From Clostridia bacterium (lineage in GTDB: Bacteria > Bacillota > Clostridia > JAAYHZ01), in the NCBI GenBank assembly GCA_050950825.1, contig JBMNIH010000005.1:86688-150687 (forward strand): a stretch of 64,000 bases of DNA. Reading direction: 5' to 3'. A program made the position numbers and the translations under genes. This document shows, piece by piece, positions 9,135 to 19,609 of the stretch. A model generated the notes under the pieces. That model searched no databases. It had not been told where the DNA came from and worked only from the letters and a program-made list of their open reading frames with translations. Numbering within the stretch: position 1 is the first letter of the stretch; the number at the start of each line of letters is the position of its first letter.

Positions 9135-9767
9135 TCAAAATCTATAGGGGAACTGTCCAATAATACCTTGTGTCATCACATCCGCCATTCTTAAAGCAAG
9201 CGCTTCAATTCGATCAAATATATCTATACTCTCCTCGTATTGTCCGGTTAAGATATAAACAGCTTCGGATTTGGTCATTGCCAAATGCTCATACAGCATT
9301 GTCTTCCATTCTTGGACAGACCAATAAGGGTTTATGCTCCCTAGGAAAGCTGCAATTTCATCTGCATTTGCATACCAACTTTTTTCAGCATCTTCAGCAG
9401 CCTCGGTATCTCCCGCTTTTGCCGCTTGGACAAGTTGTGCCGCGATTACAAGATGACTTGTAAATAGGTCTGCAAAAGCGGAGGCGATTCTTTCACCGTA
9501 AAGCGGACTTAACAGCATTTCAAAATCCTTTGGATTTCTTAACAATCGATTCGTCACAAAATCCACATCCGGTAAATCGAAAACCATAGAGACAATTGTC
9601 AACCTCGTCCAGACAACATGCTACTCCCAAAGTAAACGTAAATAATTGCTTAAATCTAATTGAGCCTGATTGATTATAGAATAAGCTTTATTGGCATACC
9701 GCCGACTAAACGGATGAATCAATGGTGTATACCCGGAGTTATAAGGGTATGATTCTGAATAATACAT
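9135..9767 (-). pseudogene. Conserved small Bacillota protein (family often mislabelled 'acetylglutamate kinase') interrupted by one in-frame TAG
   Basis: One continuous frame MYYSES...YLRLLWE*HVVWTRLTIVSMVFDLPD...QFPYRF with TAG at 9621-9623; from memory the family has WEQH here, implying CAG>TAG. Confidence 0.75.
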
Positions 9768-9900
9768 TTTTTCACGACCTCTAATGGTATTTTTATATAG
9801 TATGATTATGTTAACGGTAAAGTACCTTGTACTATATAACCGGTCAGGCAATATATTCAGGATGCCAAGCGATTACTTACGGATAATGCTTATTGCAATG

Positions 9901-10671
9901 TCATTTTTGGCTTTGTGCTTCCGATCGCTCCAAAACGATCCACCCGTTACCGTTCCAATAAACGGTTTGGATTACTCGGTCGTCCACAGGGCCCGAATAC
10001 CCGTCTCCGGTAGAATGAAGAACGAGACCCTGCAGCGGTTTGTCTTGTATATCCGCAACGGAGGTTCCCGTAACAAGGCTCCCTATATACAGCTTCTCGC
10101 CGTCGGAAGACAAGACCGGCTCTTCCCCTGTCGTATTAAGACGCTCCGCCACCGAAGGGAACGGGTCGACCTCACCTGCGCCGTAAACATCAAGGGCAAA
10201 TACGGATACAAGCCCGGAATTGGCGTACTTCGTATGGACTTCCAAAACGATGGCATCCTTTTTTTCGGAAAACAGCTTTGCCGTATAGAATTCATAGTCG
10301 CCTACGGCTTGTACGATATGCGCCGTCGTATCGCCGGTTCCGAATCGAATCCGTATGACAAGAAAAGATGCATCGTATCGATTGAAGCCGTTATGATCAA
10401 AAACGTATAAGCTTACATACGCTTCGTCGTCATTTTCTCCGATACCGTCCAAGTTTAAGCCGGTAAAAAGCTTGCCGTGTTCTTCCACAGGCCGTATCCA
10501 AGATAACTCGTCATCGTTATCCGTATTGTTCACATTTTCTTCTTCCTGCATATTTTCAAAAGCAGTCATAGCTGCCGTCGGGTCACCGACCTTCGATTCG
10601 CTTGCGAAAGCGGAGCACCCCGCGGTAAAAAGCAACATCAAGCAAAGAAGAACAAGGAGCCGTTTATTCAT
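9901..10671 (-). CDS. Hypothetical lipoprotein
   Basis: Signal peptide with lipobox FTAGC; GAGG RBS. Confidence 0.7.
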   Translation of the reverse strand: MNKRLLVLLCLMLLFTAGCSAFASESKVGDPTAAMTAFENMQEEENVNNTDNDDELSWIRPVEEHGKLFTGLNLDGIGENDDEAYVSLYVFDHNGFNRYDASFLVIRIRFGTGDTTAHIVQAVGDYEFYTAKLFSEKKDAIVLEVHTKYANSGLVSVFALDVYGAGEVDPFPSVAERLNTTGEEPVLSSDGEKLYIGSLVTGTSVADIQDKPLQGLVLHSTGDGYSGPVDDRVIQTVYWNGNGWIVLERSEAQSQK

Positions 10672-10816
10672 GATCCCATAACCTCACCTGTAAAAACTAA
10701 GCTTAAGGCAATGCACGATTCATCTTCATACATTGCCTATCATTTATCTTATCACTATTCTATACTTAATGCTTCAACAAATTGGATAAATTACGGACTT
10801 CATATCTCAAATTGTT

Positions 10817-12193
10817 CTATTCTCCGTCAATCCGTTTCTGATATTCTTTGACAAATTGATCCCTTTCTTCCGAACGAAGCATTTCGCGGTATTCATTAAA
10901 GTTGACGTTGTTCGGTAATACGGGGCGATTGATTCCGTCTCCAAAAAAGTTATATAACAAATCGGATCGGTTTTGCAAAAACTCATCCATAGGATAAGAA
11001 TAAAAGATTCGATCGTTGGGAACTCCGGGAATGATTTGCCTTTCACCGGTTTCTAAAAGTCTTAGATACTCGTCATGTCCTACAGGATCGTTAATATGTA
11101 TGAGGGGCGATGTGGGAATGCAGAAGCTTTGTTCTATTTTAAAAGCATCGCCGGGGACATAGTATCTTCCGTCTTGGAATTTATAGTGAACGTCCTCAAC
11201 GCCGTAGCACAGCAGACGGTTAAATTCAAGGTCGGTAGCGACCCACCGTAAAAAGATCAAGGATCGTTCCGTTTTCTCGTTGTCATAAATACCGTAACGG
11301 CCGACGATTCTCTTTTTGGTGTAGGGGACGGTATCGTTGATATACAGAACTTCCATATTTTCATGAAACCTTAAGTGGTCACTTATAAGACCGGGGCTGA
11401 TATATCGCGAGTCCACTAAACTCATTTTTGCCCTGCTTTCAAAAGTAAACAAGGCATAATTAAGAAAAAGGGTTTCCTTTTCATCGAGACGGCTTACGGT
11501 CTCAAAAAGTTTATCAAAGACTTCCGTTTCTTCCAAAGGTACGACATTTCCGTCCTTTAACCCGAAACCAAAGTCAAGGTCGATATATCCCATCTCTTGG
11601 CATATAAGTCCGATCAGACTATATTCGTCCGTTGTAAAGCACTGCTTTGTCCTACGGTTAAAATATCTGTTATTTACGCCGAATTCCGCAAGAGCAATGA
11701 TATCGTCTACCGTATTGATCGGAGGTCTTCCGGCGGCGTTATAAAATTCTCGGTTCACTACCAAACAGTATTTCATTGTAAGCGGTACTTGATGAGCCTC
11801 CGGAACCGGGTAGATTCTTCCTTTATAGATAACGGGGTTGTCTTCGTCTTGGATATCTTGTATCTGCATATAGCTTTCCGGATACAGGTTCGGCAAAAGG
11901 TCCGTAAGGTCCGCAAGCAGGCCTTCCTCTATTAATCTCTCGATTTCGGGCGGAAAGCATATAATATCGGCCGGTTCTCCGGATAAAACCCGTGAAACAA
12001 AGTCTTCTTGACTTTTAATAAAATCTATAACGAAATCGGTATTGTACTTTTCCATGGTCATGGCAGAGGCCATATCAACGATTTTGGTAAAACTCGTGCT
12101 GCCTTCCGCTAAATGAGGAGTCCCCTGTCGTCAGGATGCGAAGGGTCAAAGGCTTTAACAAAGCCTCTTCCTTCTCATGACTACTACAATCAC
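10817..12193 (-). pseudogene. Solute-binding-lipoprotein paralog C: signal peptide deleted and a frameshift near 12088; 418-aa remainder open
   Basis: Keeps the same RBS/start (AAGAGGTTGGTGATT) as paralog B, then jumps to HEKEEALLKPLTLRILT; extra base in GAGTTTTACC; body clearly homologous to 14378-15850. Confidence 0.8.
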
Positions 12194-12282
12194 CAACCTC
12201 TTCCTGCATTTTTATAACCATTTGTTTATCCGTACCGATATATTTTCGGAAAATACGATATATGATTCGTTTATGAATTGTT

Positions 12283-13746
12283 CTATTCCCCGTCAATCCG
12301 CTTCTGATAATCTTTGACAAATTGATCCCGTTCCTTCGAGCGAAGCATTTCACGGAATTCTTGTAACGTTGCGTTTTCCGGCAATATGGGACGATTGTTT
12401 CCGTCTCCAAAGAAGTTTTTTATCAAATTGGATCTGTTGAATAAATAATCATCCGAGAAGGAAGAAAAGATTCGTTCGTTGGGAATTTCCGGGAATGATT
12501 TGCTTTTCATCGGTTTCTACAGACTCGAGAAATTCCTCATATCCCACCGGATCGAGGATATGTATAAGAGGCGATGTCGGTTTACAGAAATTATTCACGA
12601 TTTTAAAAACATCGCCGGGGACATAGTATCTTCCGTCTAGGAATTTATAATGAACGTCCTCAACGCCGTAGCACAGCAGCCGGTTCAATTCAGGGTCGGT
12701 AGCGACCCATCTTAAAAAGATTAACGATCGTTCCGTGTTATCATTTGCAGTAATACCGTAACGGCCGACTATTCTCTTGTTGGTATAAGGTACGGTGTCG
12801 TTGATATACAGAGTTTCCATTGTGTTGTAAAATTTTGTGTGGTCTTTTATAGCATTAGGACCGATATATTGCGAGTCGAGTAAGCTCATTATTCCCGTGC
12901 TCTCAAAATTCGTATAGTTATATTTAAACACAATCGCTTCCTTTTCATCGAGACGGGTTATGGTCTCAAATAATTTTTCAAAAACTTCCGTTTCTTCCAA
13001 AGGTACGACCTTTCCGTCCTTTAACCCGAAGCCATGACCAATGTCGATATATCCATTCTCTTGGCATATAACTCCGATCAGGTCAAATACGTCCGCCAAA
13101 AAGCATCGCTTTGCCCCACGGTTGAAATATCCGTTATTCACGCCGAATTCCGCAAGAGCAATGATGTCGTCCGCCGTATTGACCGGAGGCCTTCCGGCGG
13201 CGTTATAGAATTCCCGATTCACCGTCAAACAATATTTAATTGTAAGATAATTTCGATAAACTTCCGGAACCAAGTAGATTCTTCCTTTATAGATATCGGG
13301 TTGTCTTCGTCTTGAATATCTTGTATGCGCATATAGCTTTCCGGATACAGGTTCGGCAAAAGCTCCGTAAGGTCCGCAAGCATTCCTTCCTCGATTAATC
13401 TTTTGGTTTCGGGCGGACTGCATATAATATCGGCCGGTTCTCCGGATAAAACCCTCAAAACATAGTCCTCGTACATGGGGATGAATTCCATGATGAAAGC
13501 GGTATTGTATTTTTCCATGGTCATGGCGGAGGCCATATCGACAATTTTGGAAAACTCGTACTGATTTCCTTTTAAAGGGGTCGCATCTCCTATCGTCAGA
13601 ATGCGAAGAGTCAAAGGCTTTAACAAGGCATCTTCATTGGCATGACCTTGCTCATCATCCGTCCGGTTTGTGCAGCTTGCGGAGAATATAACGAAAAGGA
13701 TGAGCAAATATACGACCGTTCTTTTTCCCGTAATCACGATAATCAC
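12283..13746 (-). pseudogene. Solute-binding-lipoprotein paralog B with two frameshifts
   Basis: Lipobox FSASC; split across ORFs 13225-13800, 12449-13423 and 12283-12510; -1 indel at ~13298 (CCC versus CCCC in paralog C) and +1 at ~12486 (GGAAATT versus GGAATT). Confidence 0.8.
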
Positions 13747-13828
13747 CAACCTCTTATTGAATTCTTTATTTACAATTTCGACCCGTGAGCCTTTTGGCAT
13801 ATCCCGTTATATCTAATCAGCTCATGCC

Positions 13829-14263
13829 TTATCGAAATCCCATTTCCTCAAGAATCAAGACGGCCGTTTCTATGGCTTTCGGGCATACTTCTTTTTGTCT
13901 GCCCGGAAAGCTTTTTCTTTTTTCATAATCGCGTATATCGTATCCTAAAAGATCACGGCAAAGAACCGTTCCTTTTCTTTTCGCGAATTCTTCCATGAAT
14001 TGCGACGTTATGTCATAACACCTTTGCTTCGAATCCTTGTCCTCTTTTATGTATTGACCGTATTTTAATCCGATGACCATAACGGCACCGGAAACCGCAC
14101 CGCATACTTCACCGCATCGCATGCCGCCTCCGAACCCGCCGGCGATTTTCAATACCCATTGTCGGTCCGCACCAAGCTGTTCACAGAATGCACCGGCAAC
14201 GGCCTGGCAGCAGTTAAAACCGTCGTGAAACAATTCAAAGGCTTTTTGAACCTTTTCGCTCAT
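13829..14263 (-). CDS. C_GCAxxG_C_C family putative redox-active protein
   Basis: FNCCQAV, GFGGGMRCGEVCGAVSG, VLCRDLLG and VCPK. Confidence 0.9.
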   Translation of the reverse strand: MSEKVQKAFELFHDGFNCCQAVAGAFCEQLGADRQWVLKIAGGFGGGMRCGEVCGAVSGAVMVIGLKYGQYIKEDKDSKQRCYDITSQFMEEFAKRKGTVLCRDLLGYDIRDYEKRKSFPGRQKEVCPKAIETAVLILEEMGFR

Positions 14264-14377
14264 GGCATCACCACCATTTCTTTCTATCTGAAATAATATT
14301 TATGCTATTATTATACTACTTGTAAGCATCGTCGTACAGGGAGCCGGTAAAATTCGGCAATTTATCCCGGCATTGTT

Positions 14378-15850
14378 CTATTCCCCGTCAATCCGCTTCT
14401 GATACTCTTTGACAAATTGATCCCGTTCCTTCGAACGAAGCATTTCGCGGAAATCTTGTAAAGTGGCGTTTTCCGGTAATATGGGGCGGCCGATCCCGTC
14501 TCCAAAGAAGTTGTATAACAGGTTGGCTCTGTTTAGTATAAAATCCTCGTAAGTATAATAGGGATAAAAGATTCGATCGTTGGGAATTCCGGGGATAATT
14601 TGTTTTTCACCGGTTTTTAAAAGCTCAAGAAACTCTTCGTATCCCACCGGATCGTTGATATGTATGAGCGGCAATACGGGATTACAGAAATTATTCACTA
14701 TTTTAAAAACATCGCCGGGGGCATAGTATCTTCCGTCTTGGAATTTGTAGTGAACGTCCTCAACACCGTAGCACAGCAGGCGGTTCAGCTCAATATCGGT
14801 TGCGATCCATCTTAAAAAGATTAGCGATCGTTCCGTATTCTCATTCGCGACAATACCGTAACGGCCGATTATTCTCCTTGCGGTGTAGGGTACGGTATCG
14901 TTGATATAAAGGGTTTCCATTCTTTCGTAAAACTTTAAGTGATCGCTTATACTATCATGATACAGTGCTTGCGAATCGATTAAGCTCATTTTAACACCGC
15001 TCTCAATGGACCTTACATCGTTGTATTTCAGTAAAATCGCTTCCTTTTCATCGAGACGGCTTACGGTCTCAAAGAATTTTTCGAAGACTTCCGTTTCTTC
15101 CAAAGGTACGACTTTTCCGTCCTTGATCCCGAAACCGATATCGACATCGATATATCCCGTCTCTTGGCATAGAAGTCCTATGAGACTTCTTTCGTCCGCC
15201 GTAAAGCATTGTTTTTTCTTTCGATCGAAATATCCGTTATTCACACCGAATTCCGCAAGAGCAATGATGTCGTCTAACGTATCGACGGGAGGTCTTCCGG
15301 CGGCGTTATGGAATTCCCGATCCACCGTCAAACAGTATTTACTCGTAAGCTGTTCTTGATAAGCCTCCGGAACCAAGTAGATTTTTCCTTTATAGAATAC
15401 AGGGCTGTCTTCATCTTGAATATCTTGTATCTGCATATAGCTTTCCGGATACAGGTTCGGCAAAAGCTCCGTAAGGTCCGCAAGCAGTCCTTCCTCAATT
15501 AATTTCTCGGTTCCGGGCGGATTGCATATAATATCGGCCGGTTCTCCGGATGAAACCCGTAAAACATAATCGTCATACTTGGGTATAAATTCCATGACGA
15601 AAGCGGTATTGTATTTTTCCATGGTCATGGCGGAGGCCATATCGACGATTTTGGAAAACTCGTACTGCCTTCCGTTTACGGACGAGTCGCCTATCGTCAG
15701 TATGCGAAGAGTCAAAGGCTCAAGCTTGGTTTCTTCCGGCTCTTGGCCCGGTTTTTCCTCCGTCCCTTTTGTGCAGCCTGCGGAGAATATAACGAAAATG
15801 ACGAGGAGAAATATAACCGTTCTTTTTCTCGTTTCCACAATAATCACCAA
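14378..15850 (-). CDS. Solute-binding-like lipoprotein paralog A (intact, 490 aa)
   Basis: Lipobox FSAGC; SGEPADII...GLLADLTELL...GKIYLVP and YGVEDVHY motifs of family-1 extracellular solute-binding proteins. Confidence 0.8.
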   Translation of the reverse strand: MVIIVETRKRTVIFLLVIFVIFSAGCTKGTEEKPGQEPEETKLEPLTLRILTIGDSSVNGRQYEFSKIVDMASAMTMEKYNTAFVMEFIPKYDDYVLRVSSGEPADIICNPPGTEKLIEEGLLADLTELLPNLYPESYMQIQDIQDEDSPVFYKGKIYLVPEAYQEQLTSKYCLTVDREFHNAAGRPPVDTLDDIIALAEFGVNNGYFDRKKKQCFTADERSLIGLLCQETGYIDVDIGFGIKDGKVVPLEETEVFEKFFETVSRLDEKEAILLKYNDVRSIESGVKMSLIDSQALYHDSISDHLKFYERMETLYINDTVPYTARRIIGRYGIVANENTERSLIFLRWIATDIELNRLLCYGVEDVHYKFQDGRYYAPGDVFKIVNNFCNPVLPLIHINDPVGYEEFLELLKTGEKQIIPGIPNDRIFYPYYTYEDFILNRANLLYNFFGDGIGRPILPENATLQDFREMLRSKERDQFVKEYQKRIDGE

Positions 15851-15878
15851 ACCCTTTTTACATATTTTTCATTATCGA

Positions 15879-16149
15879 TTAAAACCCATAAGCTCTTTGA
15901 TATGCTCCGTCAATTTCGTCGGCGGACACCCTGTTCGTCAAGTCCTTGTATTGCGCAAGGTCCTTCTCGAAATCTCCCGTATCATTAACCGCATAATGAT
16001 GCATAATCCAAATTTTCATACCTTGAAACGGTTTTCACGGTTTCCGTCCCTTCAATTTCTTCCGGTTCTTTAGGAAAATCGTTACACCCTGAAAACAAAA
16101 GGATTCCTATAATCGGCATTAAGAATGCGGCTTTCATTTTTTTGCCCAT
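15879..16149 (-). pseudogene. Truncated, frameshifted lipoprotein remnant, possibly a fourth divergent array member
   Basis: MGKKMKAAFLMPIIGILLFSGC lipobox; removing one A near 16033 gives ETVKPFQGMKIWIM, which resembles LLKPLTLRILT, then an early stop. Confidence 0.45.
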
Positions 16150-16391
16150 GTTAGACCTGCTTTCTCGTTGATAATGACAAGCAAAACACACCGGGCATAT
16201 TTACTCAATATGCAAATGTCATATGGAAATATCCAAATCACACCACATATCCATTATATCAATATATAGGTAAAAAGGAAACATATCATAAATACGAATA
16301 GATCTTGTTAAATAACGGCAAAAAACTTTTTCCCGCAAGATATGCTTTCTCAAGGAGAAGAATATCCGGCTGTTCTTTTTGGAATTAACAA

Positions 16392-17243
16392 TCAGGATTT
16401 GTTTTTTCGTTTTGACATGATAAGAACGGACAGGATGTAGAAAACCACGGAGCTTGAAAGTAAAATCGCCAAATGCCCCCAAAAGGGCAGAAATCCGTTC
16501 CCCGCCTCAAACCGAATACCCATAAACAAAACGGTGTGCTCCGGAATATACGACAAAGGAACCGCTTCTTCGATCATGATTTGTCGCAAAGCGCAGGCGG
16601 CGTGGGATACGGGTATCCATTTTATGATCGTTTGGATAAAAGAAGGCAGGTTCCCGATGGGGATATACACCCCCGTGAGAAAGCCGATCAAGGTACCGAT
16701 GAGAGTTGACAATGTTCCGAAGGCATTGGGACTTTTTACGGATGTGACAAGCAAGAAAACAAGGGCGCCGGATGAGCTTACGGACAAAAGAATCACGACT
16801 AAAGCTTTGAGCAGTGCCTTGAAAGGAAGAAATCTTCCGCCGAAAAGAACGATATACGCCTCGCCGAGGAAAAAGGTGAGCAACGACATCAATCGTCCGA
16901 TTACAAGGGAGGATAAAACATAAGAGAGGACCAAATAGGCTCGAGGTACGGGTGAGCTTTCGAAGTCCTTGAAAATTCCTTTTCCCCTATCCTCCACCAT
17001 AATGCCGAAGCCTCCTAAGCAGGTGGTCGTGGAGGTTGCCGCAACAATGCCGGACATGAGCCAGGAATCCATAAAGAACCGAGCCGCTTCCCCTGCATAT
17101 TTTTCGGCCTCTTGTACCACCAAGGAACCGAGAAACAAAATATACATCAGAATCATGACAATAACACCGAGCATGGAGAAGAATACGGCGGCTCTGTCGC
17201 GAAAATACAGTTTGAGGTTTCGTATTACCAAAGCCTTAAGCAC
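16392..17243 (-). CDS. ABC-2 type exporter permease
   Basis: RNLKLYFRDR, about six TM helices, GFLTGVYIP. Confidence 0.85.
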   Translation of the reverse strand: MLKALVIRNLKLYFRDRAAVFFSMLGVIVMILMYILFLGSLVVQEAEKYAGEAARFFMDSWLMSGIVAATSTTTCLGGFGIMVEDRGKGIFKDFESSPVPRAYLVLSYVLSSLVIGRLMSLLTFFLGEAYIVLFGGRFLPFKALLKALVVILLSVSSSGALVFLLVTSVKSPNAFGTLSTLIGTLIGFLTGVYIPIGNLPSFIQTIIKWIPVSHAACALRQIMIEEAVPLSYIPEHTVLFMGIRFEAGNGFLPFWGHLAILLSSSVVFYILSVLIMSKRKNKS

Positions 17244-18155
17244 CTATCTCATCTCCTTTCCGGTGATCCGGATAAAAACATCGTCCATGGATCCGTTAAT
17301 AACTTGGAAATCTTCCAGGTTACCGCTCAACAGATTTAATAGAGGCAGGCTGTCTACGGATCGGTTCAATTCAACGACATACTCCCCGTTTTCCCTTCGG
17401 TACTTTATGTTTTCCCGCAGCAGCGCCTCTTCCGCTTTTTGCTTGTCGATAGGAATAAAACGTAAGGTATCCGTGGTATAGCGATTTTTAAGCTCCGTCG
17501 GCGTTCCTTTGGCAACGACGGATCCTTCGTCGATGACAACCACATAATCGGCGGATGCCGCTTCTTCCATGTAGTGGGTGGTCAAAAACACCGTCATACC
17601 CGTGCTTTGTTGTATGGATCGGATCGTGTCCCAAACGCTTTTCCGCGTTTGGGGATCTAAGCCCGTTGTAGGCTCGTCAAGAAAAAGAATATCCGGACGG
17701 TGAACCAATGCGCGGGCGATATCGGCTCTGCGGCGCTGTCCTCCGGAAAGTTTCCCGTAGGGGCGGTTTGCAAGATCGGATATTTGCACCGTTTCCATGG
17801 CTTTTCTCACCCGATCTTCAATTTCCGCTTTTGTACCGCCGTAAAAGCTTCCCCGTGTCGTTAAGTTTTCTTTTACGGTAAGCAAATCATCCAAAAAATG
17901 ATTTTGAAATACGATGCCTATCCGTTTTCGTATCGAAGCATCCTCCGTGCCGACTCGAAGCCCGTCGACGAAAATGACGCCTTCATCGTAAGTAAGTAAA
18001 GTCGTAATCATGTTGATTACGGTGGTCTTTCCGGCTCCGTTGGGCCCTAAGAACGCAAACAGCGTTCCTTTTTCCACATAAAAATCGATCCCCTTTACGG
18101 CATAAAGGGACCCGTAATACTTTTTAAGACCTTGTACCTCGATAACTTTATCCAA
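17244..18155 (-). CDS. ABC exporter ATP-binding protein
   Basis: GPNGAGKT, LSGGQ, LDEPTTGLD and TTHYMEEA. Confidence 0.92.
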   Translation of the reverse strand: MDKVIEVQGLKKYYGSLYAVKGIDFYVEKGTLFAFLGPNGAGKTTVINMITTLLTYDEGVIFVDGLRVGTEDASIRKRIGIVFQNHFLDDLLTVKENLTTRGSFYGGTKAEIEDRVRKAMETVQISDLANRPYGKLSGGQRRRADIARALVHRPDILFLDEPTTGLDPQTRKSVWDTIRSIQQSTGMTVFLTTHYMEEAASADYVVVIDEGSVVAKGTPTELKNRYTTDTLRFIPIDKQKAEEALLRENIKYRRENGEYVVELNRSVDSLPLLNLLSGNLEDFQVINGSMDDVFIRITGKEMR

Positions 18156-18281
18156 TTACCGCCACCTCGACCGGTATCCATAAAATCGACTTTAAACGTA
18201 AAAACGATTTTCTCTTCTCATACCGCATTTATTATATCTTACTTTCACCCATCAAAAAAAGTAAAAAAGGTATAATCGAAT

Positions 18282-18310
18282 TGAAACTATTTCATCCTCC
18301 GAAACGAATA
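18282..18310 (+). promoter_or_regulatory. Putative ECF (SigW/SigM-like) autoregulatory promoter
   Basis: TGAAAC-N17-CGAA directly upstream of the ECF sigma gene; a TATAAT also lies at 18271-18276. Confidence 0.5.
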
Positions 18311-18339
18311 TATGGATAGGAGGACAAGTAAAAGGAGGT

Positions 18340-18894
18340 GTGGCTTTGGAGGAAGAAATCCGGCTGATACGAAAAATTCAAGCATCCGGCAACAGGGCGG
18401 CTGCCGACCTGTTGGTACGAAAATACTTCGATGAAATATATGCTTATGTCTGTAAGCAGACCTCCGACAAGCACACCGCCATGAACCTTGTGCAAAATAT
18501 TTTTGTGTCCATGCTGCAATCCATTGGAGGCTTCGATGCAAAAAAAGCAAGCTTTCGTACCTGGCTGTACCGCATCGCCACGAACAAGACCATCGATTAT
18601 TTTCGCAGCCAAAAAACGGAGAAAATGCATGTGCTTTGCATCGACGATATGGACATTCCGGACGAAACCGAATTTACGAAAAGGACGGAAGAAAAGGACT
18701 TGGTGTCCAAAGTGCTGTGCTATGTCAATTCGTTGGAAATGAGCTTGCAGCAAATTTTTCGATTGAAGTTCTTCGGAGAATACACTTTTTCGGAAATAGC
18801 GAGCCTTTTGGACATGCCGGAGTCCACGGTGAAATCGAAATATTACCGATTATTAAAATTATTGAGGGAGGAGTTTAAAAATGAATATGATTAG
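18340..18894 (+). CDS. ECF RNA polymerase sigma factor
   Basis: Region 2 (FRTWLYRIATNKTIDYFR) and region 4 (FSEIASLLDMPESTVKSKYYR); AGGAGG RBS. Confidence 0.92.
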   Translation: MALEEEIRLIRKIQASGNRAAADLLVRKYFDEIYAYVCKQTSDKHTAMNLVQNIFVSMLQSIGGFDAKKASFRTWLYRIATNKTIDYFRSQKTEKMHVLCIDDMDIPDETEFTKRTEEKDLVSKVLCYVNSLEMSLQQIFRLKFFGEYTFSEIASLLDMPESTVKSKYYRLLKLLREEFKNEYD

Positions 18895-19609
18895 ACCTTC
18901 CGACGAAGAAAAGGAACGAGCCGTCGAATATATTCTATCCAAAGGATTGAAAAAACCGAAAAGCCTATGGCAAGAGCTATACGATATGTACCGTGCCCTC
19001 GGGCTTCGTTACGTCTTTTACGATGCGGCATCCTCTATGGGTATAGCCGTTTTTGTCATGATAGGATTTTATATGATAAGCCTTATGTCATCGGAGCAAT
19101 ATACCAATGCCTCCATGTTTGCCGCGGCTCCCGTATTTTTCATTTTCGTTCTGATTCTTACGGAAACGGCGGAGCGGATGAGCGTGTTGTACGAATTGAA
19201 AATGACCTGCAAATATACGATCCGGCAAATCGCCGCCTTTCGTATCCTTTGCTTTTCGCTGATGGGCACCGTTTTTTGCACCCTTGCAAGCCTTTTTGTC
19301 GGATATACGGATATCGGGGATTTTCTCCGACCTTTTTCGCTATCGCTCTGTGCATTATTCCTCTGCTCATTTCTAAGCCTGTACATCATAGAGGCTTTTC
19401 GTAAGATCCCGTTCACTCCCGTACTGCTTTGGTTCGCCATGAATCTTTTACCCCTCCTTTTCTTCGGAGAACACTGGGAAAACTTTTTATCCCGTGTTCC
19501 GATCGCCCTCACCTTCTGTGTTGCTTTTGTCGCCTTCGTGTTGTTTATTACGGAAATTAAAAAGCTGATGAAAATCAAAAGAGAGGTACCGTATTATGCT
19601 GGCTGTTAA
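18881..19609 (+). CDS. Membrane protein, probable anti-sigma or accessory factor
   Basis: About six TM segments; overlaps the ECF sigma gene. Confidence 0.6.
   Translation: MNMIRPSDEEKERAVEYILSKGLKKPKSLWQELYDMYRALGLRYVFYDAASSMGIAVFVMIGFYMISLMSSEQYTNASMFAAAPVFFIFVLILTETAERMSVLYELKMTCKYTIRQIAAFRILCFSLMGTVFCTLASLFVGYTDIGDFLRPFSLSLCALFLCSFLSLYIIEAFRKIPFTPVLLWFAMNLLPLLFFGEHWENFLSRVPIALTFCVAFVAFVLFITEIKKLMKIKREVPYYAGC

Noticed and set aside
9621-9623. Alternative genetic code or pyrrolysine recoding
   Set aside because: Isolated case; TAG terminates several other genes normally, and no pyl genes are visible.
10817-15850. Diversity-generating retroelement
   Set aside because: No reverse transcriptase in the window; differences between copies are spread over the whole gene and not confined to adenines.
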